From an uncultured Bacilli bacterium (lineage in GTDB: Bacteria > Bacillota_I > Bacilli_A > RF39 > UBA660), in NCBI GenBank assembly GCA_944332025.1, contig CALVJB010000004.1, positions 1 to 55,759 of the forward strand: a DNA stretch of 55,759 nt, in the 5' to 3' direction. The translations under genes were made by a program, and so were the position numbers. The notes below the pieces were generated by a model. The model was not told where the DNA came from, did no database searches, and worked only from the letters and a program-made list of their open reading frames with translations. Within the stretch, counting starts at the first letter, position 1. Every line of letters starts with the position of its first letter. This document shows positions 19,601-28,075 of the stretch, one piece after another.

Positions 19601-21259
19601 TAGTGCGGAGAGGCCATGACGAGCATAGTTATTATCTAGGGTTCTTGATAGTTCTAAGGTATCAATAACAGGATTCTTAAACTCACCTAGATTATATTTT
19701 TTATAAGCCATCTCTAAGAATGAAACATCGAACTTAGCATTATGGGCAACCATAGGTAAGTCACCAAACCATTCTATAAACCTTTTAACAGCATTTTCTT
19801 CATTATCTTTATCTTCTAGCATTAAATCTGTTATATTTGTTATCTCTGTTATTTTAGCAGGTAAAGGTCTTCCTGGATTAATTAGTTCATCATAACGTTC
19901 AAATATCTCTCCACCTTTCATCTTAACTGCACCAATTTCAATAATAGAGTCAGCACCACCAGCATTAAAACCAGTTGTTTCAAAGTCAAAAACAACATAA
20001 GTTTGGTCTAGTAATTTACCATCATTAGGTCTAATAACGATATCTACATTATCATCTACCATAACAAGTTCTGTTCCATATAAGGCTTTAAACTTATCTT
20101 TATCATCTTTTCCTTTGTTATAATCTCTTACTAAGTTATAAACATGAGGAAAGGCTTGAACACCATTATGGTCTGTAATTGCAATTGCTTTATGTCCCCA
20201 TTTCATCGCTTGCTTTACTAGTTTTACTTCATCTGCTACTCCATCCATCTGACTCATCATCGTATGGGCATGTAGTTCTACTCTTTTTTCTGTCTCTTCA
20301 TCAGTAATTTCTTCTTCCTCATGCTCTACTGGCATAATATCTCTAGCATTAAGTACTAACTCATCTTTAGAAAAATTATCTATTTTTGTATATCCTCTAA
20401 TCTTAAGCCATGTACCTACTTTTAAAGCTTTACAAAGTCTAGCATACTCTTCATCTTCATTACAAAATACTTTACAAGCGATACTATCTGTTTCATCTGT
20501 TATTTTTAAAGTAATAATCTTAAAATTAGTCTTACTAGACTCAAAATAATCAGTACCAAAGATATATCCTTCTACTGTTACATCATTATCTTCTCCTAGT
20601 AATAAACTCATCTTAATAGGATCACTATCTATAGTCTTACCTAATATACATCCTTCATCAGTACTTTTTCTTCTTCTAGGAGTTCCACTATTATTATAAC
20701 GTTTAGGCTCTTCTTTAATAACATCCCTCTTAATAGGTTCAGGAATAATAACATTAGATAATTCATTACTTATCTCTTCTTCTATTAAATTATCTTCTCT
20801 TAAAATAACAGGTATATAGTCATGAAAGCCTATATTATGATAGAAATTATTTATATCATTACTTATTTCTTTTAATCTATCTTCTTCTTTTTTATTATAA
20901 GCGATAAGTCTTAGAGTATCACTTTCATAAATTAGTGAATCTTTATAAACATCTATTAGTTTTATTTTATCTTTAGATTTTAAGATATCTAAAAAGTAAG
21001 GATAATAATCTAGTAGCATATTATTATCAGGGTTTCTAACTGTAAAGTTATAGGTTAAATCATCTGAAAATAAAGACTTATTCTCTACTAGATTAGATAA
21101 TATGTCTTTAGGTAAATATTTATCAATAGTTATTTTAACTAAAAAGCTTTTATTATTTTTATTAATTACTATTTTATCTAAGCAAGCACTTTTAAAGAAG
21201 TCAAAGTACTCACTATTTAAGTTAATCTTTTTCAAAAATAAATTTAGTTTACTATCCAT
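16646..21259 (-). CDS. polC: DNA polymerase III PolC-type
   Basis: RVELHAHT PHP domain, FDFETTG exonuclease, GSRGSVGSS, KVPDIDLNF and a C-terminal QLSLF clamp motif. Confidence 0.98.
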   Translation of the reverse strand: MDSKLNLFLKKINLNSEYFDFFKSACLDKIVINKNNKSFLVKITIDKYLPKDILSNLVENKSLFSDDLTYNFTVRNPDNNMLLDYYPYFLDILKSKDKIKLIDVYKDSLIYESDTLRLIAYNKKEEDRLKEISNDINNFYHNIGFHDYIPVILREDNLIEEEISNELSNVIIPEPIKRDVIKEEPKRYNNSGTPRRRKSTDEGCILGKTIDSDPIKMSLLLGEDNDVTVEGYIFGTDYFESSKTNFKIITLKITDETDSIACKVFCNEDEEYARLCKALKVGTWLKIRGYTKIDNFSKDELVLNARDIMPVEHEEEEITDEETEKRVELHAHTMMSQMDGVADEVKLVKQAMKWGHKAIAITDHNGVQAFPHVYNLVRDYNKGKDDKDKFKALYGTELVMVDDNVDIVIRPNDGKLLDQTYVVFDFETTGFNAGGADSIIEIGAVKMKGGEIFERYDELINPGRPLPAKITEITNITDLMLEDKDNEENAVKRFIEWFGDLPMVAHNAKFDVSFLEMAYKKYNLGEFKNPVIDTLELSRTLDNNYARHGLSALVKRYNVPWDEESHHRGDYDAEGTALVLYKMLEKLDSRNIETMEQLSNIVDSKEMYKYGNTNHINIIALNKKGLKNLFKIVSFANTTYLYKTPRIPRSVINEYREGLLIGSGCYESEVFKQASSKSEEELSNIIRFYDYVEVQPPECYSHLVETGDFANEGEVISNINKIINTTIDAGKLIVATGDVHHLTREDKIYREIIVNQKVPGGGRHPLARGGIKNIPSNHFRTTTEMLEDFSFLDEETRKLIVIDNPNKIADMTEIIEVIIETGGIPFSPKIDKSVETVTDLVFTKASDMYGEPLPYNIEERISTELYGDGVFKAVEAKLKREEPNLSEDEFKKKLFSNLHSTLLKGFDEVKKVIKENLKITDPEITDEDLEKTLKKNLGGVIGGGFDVIYLIAQKLVKHSNDDGYIVGSRGSVGSSFVATMMGITEVNPLPAHYLCRNKDCKYSEFINEEGIPYGKDYPSGYDLKDKTCPKCGEPLGKEGQDMPFATFLGFNADKVPDIDLNFSGEYQWKAHEYTKVLFGVDNVYRAGTIGTVAEKTAYGYVRGYFEEHGIVGKRSTEIERLAKGCTGVKRTTGQHPGGIVVIPGYMDVFDFTPFQYPADDNTSLWRTTHFDYHAIDQDVLKLDILGHDDPTVLRMLQDLSGIDITTLPMDDKKIFSILSSPEALGVTEDEILCPTGTLGLPELGTRFVIQMLVETKPSTFAELVKISGLSHGTDVWAGNASELIRNNIVPFKDVIGCRDDIMVNLMNWGMKPIRAFKIMEHVRKGKATKDPETWKGMVEEMKAANVPEWYIESCHKIKYMFPKAHACAYVMSAIRIAWFKVYKPLFYYAAFFSIRVDDYDIETMIKGYNAIKTRYEDLMAKGFEVTNKESNIIDSLHVALEATARGIKFAPISLEKSDATRFVVDTERENTLIPPFKTIDGLGLTVAKTIVEARENGPFLSKEDLQKRGKVSKTLTDKMTEMGILNELPDSNQLSLF

Positions 21260-21273
21260 ACCGCACCACTATC

Positions 21274-22113
21274 CTATATTATTTCTAATTCTTTAATCTT
21301 TAAAATATGTTTTTGATTCTTAATACAAAAGCTAATAAAAGTCTTTAAATCAACAGTTGCTAATCCTCTTTCAAAAGTATATTTATCTAATTCAAAGATA
21401 ATCTTATCTTCCATCATTCTATTTAATATCTCTTCTTTAGAATATCCTAAGTACATAAGAAAGTAAGGATATAGTTGTCTTTTAAGATATTTTAGAGAAC
21501 TATCTCCTCTTAAATAAACACTTTTCTTTAATGTTCTTGATGTTAGTTCATTATCAATAGCAAGTTCAATGATAGCATCAACTATATCTTTATATTCGCT
21601 CTTGTATGTTGCTAGTTCTTTTCTTACAATATGTTCAATGATATTGATGATAGCAAGGGTATAATTATCACTATCAACTCTATTACCCCAAGTAATAGTA
21701 TTTACTCTTCTACTCTTAGGTATTTTCATTCCTATAACATCTAATTTTTTATCAACAACTAAAACATGATATAGTTTAATATCAAATCTAAGTATTTCTT
21801 TTAAGTTTTTATTTAAGTCTTTTTTTATTTTATCCCAAGTATGTAATAATTCTAGGCGATATTTTTCTGTTTCTTCTCTTATTTCTTTATATATATCACT
21901 AGCTTTAACCATATCAAAGATAGTATCATCATCTGGTATATAGTTTTTAGGGTCTTTTAATATTAATTCTTCTTCTTTATATAATTCATTATAACTATGA
22001 CGATAGTTTTTCCACAACTTCTGTTTAAAGCTTTGAATATCAGAAGAAATAGAGGCACTAAATAAAAGATTCCAGATTAAAACATAATCATTTAAAACAA
22101 AGTTTAAATTCAT
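21274..22113 (-). CDS. Hypothetical protein upstream of polC
   Basis: 279-aa ORF closely spaced to polC. Confidence 0.7.
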   Translation of the reverse strand: MNLNFVLNDYVLIWNLLFSASISSDIQSFKQKLWKNYRHSYNELYKEEELILKDPKNYIPDDDTIFDMVKASDIYKEIREETEKYRLELLHTWDKIKKDLNKNLKEILRFDIKLYHVLVVDKKLDVIGMKIPKSRRVNTITWGNRVDSDNYTLAIINIIEHIVRKELATYKSEYKDIVDAIIELAIDNELTSRTLKKSVYLRGDSSLKYLKRQLYPYFLMYLGYSKEEILNRMMEDKIIFELDKYTFERGLATVDLKTFISFCIKNQKHILKIKELEII

Positions 22114-22211
22114 TTTCTATTCCCCCTAACTTTTATATTTAAATAAAGTTTATCATAAAATTCACCACAATAAAAGAGAATAGAAAACAAATATTATTAT
22201 TTTCTAGTTCT

Positions 22212-23486
22212 CTATGGTTTTAATGCAGTTATAGGAACAATATATATACCAGTCTCTTTATCTTTTACAACTGATGTAAAATTTCCTGTTATTATGCACA
22301 TGAATTTAGGTTTAGTTATCATATTATCATAGAATTTTAGTAAATCTTTCTTAGCAGTTTCAATAGCATTATATCCTAGTTTTATTTCAACCGCTGCATA
22401 ATCGCCATTAGAAAACTCTAAAATTGAATCAACTTCTAGACCTGTTACATTATCTCTAAAATGATATAGATGTCCACCTAAATATTCTATATATATTCTA
22501 AGGTCCCGTTCTACTAGTGATTCAAAGAGAAACCCAAACGTTTTTAAGTCTTTAAGTAATTTATCAGCATTCATATTTAAAGAGGCACAAGCAAGTGAGG
22601 GGTCTGTTAAGTGTCTTTTTGGTGATTTACCTATTCTCTCTTTAGAACGATAGTTTTCACTATAGGCTTCTTGATTTTCTATTATATGCAATCTATCTAA
22701 TACATCTAGGTAGTCTCTTAAAGTTATTCTGCTTTCAATTAATTCTGATTCATTTTCATAGTTATCTATATCTTTTATAAGTGTTTCATTGCTAACAACT
22801 GTAGATTCATTTCTTGCTAATGATTTAAGGAGCATTCTCATCTTATTTTTATCTCTTTTTTTATCATCATTCATATCTTTATCAAGAATAGATTCTATAT
22901 AACTTTTAGGTATTAATCCTACCTTATCTGCATCTACTTTTATATTACTAGGCCAGCCTCCTCTTACTATTAGGTTAGCAAGTTCTTTTAAAGATGGTAT
23001 TTTTACATTAACATTTTTCTGTTTATCTTCTAGCATTGCTGTTAAGGAAGCATCTCCAGTTGAGTCACCTGATTCATAAAGTGACATAGTATACATCTTT
23101 ATCTTACCAATTCTCCCTGCCCCCGAATGAAATACTTCTTTTTTTCTTTCGTCATTCAATTCTGTTGAGCACGTTAATATATATTTACCTTTCTTAGAAT
23201 CTTCATCACATTTTCTTCTAACTTTATCCCATATTTTAGGTACTAAGTGCCATTCATCTATTAATTCAGGTTGTTCTTCATTTAATATCAGTTCTAAATC
23301 AAGTAATGCTCTTTCTTTAGTTTCATCATCATCTAAATAGACAGCACTTTTAGCATGCTTAGAAGATGTCCATGTTTTTCCACACCATTTAGGTCCTTCA
23401 ACAGATAAGGCACCAAAAACTTTTAAATAGTCATCTAAGTTTTTATCAATTAATCGTGGCATATATTCATCGTTATTAAAGTTCAT
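22212..23486 (-). CDS. AAA_14/DUF4143 ATP-binding protein; start probably MNFNN at 23486
   Basis: GPKWCGKT, LIDEWH, RGGWP and EVDSIL...AVEIK motifs; RBS gaggtg. Confidence 0.9.
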   Translation of the reverse strand: MNFNNDEYMPRLIDKNLDDYLKVFGALSVEGPKWCGKTWTSSKHAKSAVYLDDDETKERALLDLELILNEEQPELIDEWHLVPKIWDKVRRKCDEDSKKGKYILTCSTELNDERKKEVFHSGAGRIGKIKMYTMSLYESGDSTGDASLTAMLEDKQKNVNVKIPSLKELANLIVRGGWPSNIKVDADKVGLIPKSYIESILDKDMNDDKKRDKNKMRMLLKSLARNESTVVSNETLIKDIDNYENESELIESRITLRDYLDVLDRLHIIENQEAYSENYRSKERIGKSPKRHLTDPSLACASLNMNADKLLKDLKTFGFLFESLVERDLRIYIEYLGGHLYHFRDNVTGLEVDSILEFSNGDYAAVEIKLGYNAIETAKKDLLKFYDNMITKPKFMCIITGNFTSVVKDKETGIYIVPITALKP

Positions 23487-23540
23487 AAAGAAATCACCTC
23501 TATATAGAGATGATAACATATTTTTATGGTTTATTCAATA

Positions 23541-23606
23541 TTTGATATACATTTTTTAAGGATTTTGATATGCAAATTTTAAGAGTTTTGATATACAATT
23601 TTTAAA
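23541..23606. repeat. Three direct repeats with a 23-bp period upstream of the ATPase promoter
   Basis: tttgatatacattttttaag (23541), tttgatatgcaaattttaag (23564), tttgatatacaatttttaaa (23587). Confidence 0.9.
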
Positions 23607-24462
23607 AGTTTGTAATTACATAATATACTCCAAAACCAACTGCAATGATTAAGATTAATGAGAATAAGAACTTTAAGAAACCGATAAACTTTGATGGTTT
23701 AACTTCTTCCTCATCATCACTTTCAAAGTCCTCTTCACTTAAATCAAGGCTCTTAGTATAGAATGATTTATCTATTTCATCTTTTAAAGACATGGTCTTT
23801 TCTTTAACTTTATCTAACTTCTTAGTATCATCTTCTACTTTACTATCTTCTATCTTAGTAGCGATAGGCTTTAACACTTCTTCATTTACATTAGTAGCCA
23901 TTAAATCACTAAGTAAGCTGTTATTGTCATTAGATTCAACTTCTTTTTTATCTATTTCTTCTCTTAACTCTTTAGAAGTAATAGTATGTATTAACTCTTC
24001 AAGTTCCTCTTCATTTTCAATAGGTTTATGTCTTAATTTAGTCTCTTCTTTAAATTTCTCTAAATCTTCTTCACTACTTTCTAAGATGTTATATTTTTCA
24101 TTATGTAGTTTTCTTTTCTTTTCTAGAGAATCTCTTTCTCTTAGTTCTTTCGCTTCTTCTAGAACTTTATTAATATCATAGGTTTTATGTTCATCGTTAT
24201 AAAGAAAATTAAATTCATCTAATTCTTTTCTTTCTTTAGGTTTTTCTATATCTATATCATAATCTTTTATTTGATGATATCCTTCTCTTGTACGATAATT
24301 CTTTTTCGCTGCATTTAACTCAACCGCTTCTATTTTAGATACATCTGTTAGAGTAGTATATTTTTCTAATCTTCCTAAGTCATTATATAAATCTTGATTT
24401 TTTTCTGTTCTACTTCTAACTGTGCTTCTATTTGAATTATCATACCGTTCCATTCTTCCCAT
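23602..24462 (-). CDS. Hypothetical acidic protein with a C-terminal membrane anchor
   Basis: Charged helical body and a terminal hydrophobic helix. Confidence 0.75.
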   Translation of the reverse strand: MGRMERYDNSNRSTVRSRTEKNQDLYNDLGRLEKYTTLTDVSKIEAVELNAAKKNYRTREGYHQIKDYDIDIEKPKERKELDEFNFLYNDEHKTYDINKVLEEAKELRERDSLEKKRKLHNEKYNILESSEEDLEKFKEETKLRHKPIENEEELEELIHTITSKELREEIDKKEVESNDNNSLLSDLMATNVNEEVLKPIATKIEDSKVEDDTKKLDKVKEKTMSLKDEIDKSFYTKSLDLSEEDFESDDEEEVKPSKFIGFLKFLFSLILIIAVGFGVYYVITNF

Positions 24463-24559
24463 GATATCACCTACTTTACTATATACTTCAATGATATCAT
24501 ACTATTAAAAAAATTTAAAGTAGGCAAAATTATAAAAATAAGATATAATTAAAGACGAG

Positions 24560-24787
24560 GTGAAAAAAATGAAAGTAAAAGTTAATAAAGATGCTTGCAT
24601 AGGATGTGGAGCATGTGCTGCGATATGTGATGAAGTATTTGAAATTAATGATGAAGGATTAAGTGAAGCAAAGGTAGAAGAAGTTAAAGAAGAACTTCAA
24701 GATGAAGTAAGAGATGCTGCTGATTCTTGTCCTACTGGTGCAATTGTGATTGAAGAAGGTCAACAGGAAGAAGAAAAAGCTGCTTAA
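24560..24787 (+). CDS. Ferredoxin (single cluster)
   Basis: CIGCGAC and CPTGAI motifs. Confidence 0.93.
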   Translation: MKKMKVKVNKDACIGCGACAAICDEVFEINDEGLSEAKVEEVKEELQDEVRDAADSCPTGAIVIEEGQQEEEKAA

Positions 24788-24956
24788 TCTTGATAAATGT
24801 ATTTTTAGAAGAAGAAGCTTTATTTAATTGCTTCTTTTTTGTACGATTTCAAGTAATATAAGTTGCTTATTCTAGAAGTAATAATGTAATTAATTACGAT
24901 TTTGGTGTTTACACCAAAATCGTTAAAAGTGAAAAAATAAAAGAGCTATCGTGCTC

Positions 24957-25673
24957 TTATTTTTTTGCTAAACTATAGACAATTGCTACTTCTTTAGGAG
25001 TTAGTTTTCTATATTCTCCACTCTTTAATCCTTTTAAATCAAAGATAAAAACTCTATCTCTTCTAAGCTTTAAGACAGGAAAACCAACTGCTTCAAACAT
25101 TTTCTTAACTTCATGATTACGTCCTTCATGTATTGTTACTGTGAGCATAGAAGTATTTGTTTTATAATCTGTTTTTCTTAACTTAACTTTAGCTTTCTCA
25201 TAAGAAACACCATCTACTGTTACACCATTTTTAATAGTATTAATGGCATCTCCTTTAATAATACCTTTTACTTTAACTATATATACTTTCTCTACCAAAT
25301 CACTTGGATGCATAAGTATATTTGCAAACTCTCCATCATTAGTAAGTAATAACACTCCTGTTGTATCATAATCAAGTCTACCTACGGGATAGATTCTTTC
25401 ATTACATGGTATTAAGTCAACTACAGTCTTCCTTTCCTTATCATCAGTAACACTAGTAATAATACCTCTTGGTTTATTAAGTAGATAATAAACCTTTTTT
25501 TCTTTTTCTATCTCCTTACCATCTACTTTAATTATATCTTTATTAGTTACTTTAGTACCAAGTTCAGTTACTATTACACCATTTACTGTTACTCTACCTT
25601 CTTTAATTAATTCTTCAGCTTTACGTCTTGATGTAACTCCTGCATTTGCTATTACTTTTTGTAATCTTTCCAT
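24957..25673 (-). CDS. rluB: 23S rRNA pseudouridine synthase, RluB/RsuA family
   Basis: MERLQK S4 domain; GRLDYDTTG and EGRNHEVK motifs. Confidence 0.88.
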   Translation of the reverse strand: MERLQKVIANAGVTSRRKAEELIKEGRVTVNGVIVTELGTKVTNKDIIKVDGKEIEKEKKVYYLLNKPRGIITSVTDDKERKTVVDLIPCNERIYPVGRLDYDTTGVLLLTNDGEFANILMHPSDLVEKVYIVKVKGIIKGDAINTIKNGVTVDGVSYEKAKVKLRKTDYKTNTSMLTVTIHEGRNHEVKKMFEAVGFPVLKLRRDRVFIFDLKGLKSGEYRKLTPKEVAIVYSLAKK

Positions 25674-25691
25674 TATTCATCACTACCTTTT

Positions 25692-27419
25692 TTAAAGTTT
25701 TTCATACTCATTTAATAATTCATTAAAATAGTTCATTGTTTCTATATAGATCTCTTTATTGTCTAAGTTTATTTCTAATACTTCTAAGGCATCTAACGTT
25801 TTCATACTTCCACCAATTGTTAAAAAATGTAAATACTTTTCTAACATATTATTATTTGAATTTATTATATCATTAGATATTTTTAATGCTACTATTGTAC
25901 CAGTTGCATACTGGAAATTATAATATCTATATTGATGAAAAAATAAATGTAGTCTTGTTTGCCATAAGTATTTAACATTATCAGTACTTTCTATAGAAGG
26001 ATGATATTTTTTATATAAGTTATAATAAATATTATTAATTGTATCTGCAGTCAGAGCTTTATTTTTAGATACTATATTGTATAAATTCTCTTCAAATTCT
26101 AAATACATTGTTGAAAAGAAAAGATCTTTTACTAATCCTGACAGTTTTTGTTCTATTAAATATCTTTTCAATGCTTTTGTACTAGCATTTCTTATTAGAT
26201 AATTAAATAGAATATTTTCATTGACTTTAGATGCTATCTCAGATAGAAAAACAGAAAAATGAAAATCTTGATAACTTTGTTTTTCTTTTACCATAATACC
26301 ATTAACGGCATGTCCTAGTTCATGTGATAATACATAAGTACTTTTATAATCATTATTATAATTCATTAGTATCATAGGTTTAACATAGTTACGCCAATGA
26401 TAACTTCCTGTAAATTTATACTTTTTAGGAAAAGCATCTAGAATACCACTTTCTAAGGCTTTTGATAATTTATTAGAATAGTCTCTTCCCATAATAGATA
26501 AAGCATCTTTAACAATATTAATACTTTCTTCAAATGATATTTCTTTATCATAACTATTACTTATATTTAAATCATAGGGATATAGTTTAGATAAATTTAA
26601 ACTTTTTCTTCTTAATTTAAAGTATCTTTCTAATAGATTAATATTACTATTTATTACTTTTTCTAGGTTATTTATAATATTTATGTTTAAATCACTTTCT
26701 GTTAAAACTTGGTCTAGGACAGAAGTATATTTTTTTGACTTAGATATATCTTGACATAATTTTAATCTAAGTTCTAAAAGTCCTGAAATACTTTTATTAA
26801 CCATAGATAAACTATCTGTATAAGCATAAAATGCTAGTTTTCTATCTTCTTTCTTTTTACTAGTTAAAATTTTACTAAAGTTTTGATACGTTACTTTAAT
26901 CTTTTTATTGTTAATATCTATTTCTTTGTAGTTTAATTCAACATTTTTAATAGTTGCATATAAATCATTTATTTTAGATATCATTAAAGTAGCATTTTGA
27001 ATATATTCTTCATTATTGCAATGTTTCTTTAATCTTAATACTTCATATAGATGCATCTTGTAAGCTTTTAATTCTTTATTTTTTTCTAAATATTTATCTA
27101 ATGGTTCATCTATTTCATATATCTTTTCATCGATTATATTTAATATTTTATTTAATTTACTATTTTCCTCATAAACTATATTTTTATATTCTAAATATTT
27201 CTGATTAGACATATCAACATCGTATTTTAAAGTAGTATATGTCTGTAACTTTTCATATCTAAAACTATATTTATAATATTCTTCTAACATAGTACTTAAA
27301 GATAGAGACGTTAAATTATCATTAAATTTATCTAGATCCTTTTTTAATATTTCTAGCTCTTTACAAAAATCATTATCATTTTTAAAAAAATCATCAAAAT
27401 TCCAACTATATTTTTCCAT
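25692..27419 (-). CDS. Oligoendopeptidase F (M3B), divergent
   Basis: KYSWN, HELGH, FLSEIASKVNE and YYNFQYATG motifs. Confidence 0.85.
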   Translation of the reverse strand: MEKYSWNFDDFFKNDNDFCKELEILKKDLDKFNDNLTSLSLSTMLEEYYKYSFRYEKLQTYTTLKYDVDMSNQKYLEYKNIVYEENSKLNKILNIIDEKIYEIDEPLDKYLEKNKELKAYKMHLYEVLRLKKHCNNEEYIQNATLMISKINDLYATIKNVELNYKEIDINNKKIKVTYQNFSKILTSKKKEDRKLAFYAYTDSLSMVNKSISGLLELRLKLCQDISKSKKYTSVLDQVLTESDLNINIINNLEKVINSNINLLERYFKLRRKSLNLSKLYPYDLNISNSYDKEISFEESINIVKDALSIMGRDYSNKLSKALESGILDAFPKKYKFTGSYHWRNYVKPMILMNYNNDYKSTYVLSHELGHAVNGIMVKEKQSYQDFHFSVFLSEIASKVNENILFNYLIRNASTKALKRYLIEQKLSGLVKDLFFSTMYLEFEENLYNIVSKNKALTADTINNIYYNLYKKYHPSIESTDNVKYLWQTRLHLFFHQYRYYNFQYATGTIVALKISNDIINSNNNMLEKYLHFLTIGGSMKTLDALEVLEINLDNKEIYIETMNYFNELLNEYEKL

Positions 27420-27454
27420 AAATACTTTCTCCTTTAAATAGAAAAAGGATTAAC

Positions 27455-28072
27455 CTATTCTACTTCAACTAATGATAGTTTATTATCTTCATGTACAAAG
27501 ATAAGTGTAGCTTTAGTAGGATAATCCATATCTTCTTTATATTTTAAGGAAACTTCTACTTGATAAGCATTATCATCCGTAAAATCTGTTCCTATAGTAT
27601 ACTCTATATTCTCAACCTTTTCAACAGTTACTTCAGTAACTTCTGGTAATTGTTGTTCTCTATTACCATAAATATCATTTTCTACATACTTATAAACGGT
27701 ATCTTCTGCCTTTTCTAAGAAGTTAGTTTTAGCATTAGTATGAACAAAATCAATACCACCTACATCTGTATTAGCAAGTTTATCATTTAAAGTATAGAAA
27801 TCCATTATAAACATTTTACTAATCTGTTCAACATAAGCTTTTTCATCTACATCTTTCTTACTTAAAATGTCTTTTAGTTCTTGAAATGCCTTTTTATATC
27901 TATCATTTCTTGTAGATTTAAGGGTATATCCATACTCTGCTATTTCATTTTCAACAGTTGCTGTTTTAACTGCTTTAGGTTTTACACTTTCATAAGCGAT
28001 AAAGCCTAGACCTGTGCTTATTAAGATAATCGCTAGTATTAAAATCACTTTTACTTTTTTCTTTAGTCTCAT
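27455..28072 (-). CDS. Membrane-anchored hypothetical protein
   Basis: Basic N-terminus, one TM helix, acidic ectodomain. Confidence 0.75.
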   Translation of the reverse strand: MRLKKKVKVILILAIILISTGLGFIAYESVKPKAVKTATVENEIAEYGYTLKSTRNDRYKKAFQELKDILSKKDVDEKAYVEQISKMFIMDFYTLNDKLANTDVGGIDFVHTNAKTNFLEKAEDTVYKYVENDIYGNREQQLPEVTEVTVEKVENIEYTIGTDFTDDNAYQVEVSLKYKEDMDYPTKATLIFVHEDNKLSLVEVE

Positions 28073-28075
28073 AAA

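Noticed and set aside
23541-23606. Mini CRISPR array (also considered for 4478-4539 and 55677-55731)
   Set aside because: The units are nearly contiguous with only a few nt between them, there are no spacer-sized unique segments, and there are no cas genes
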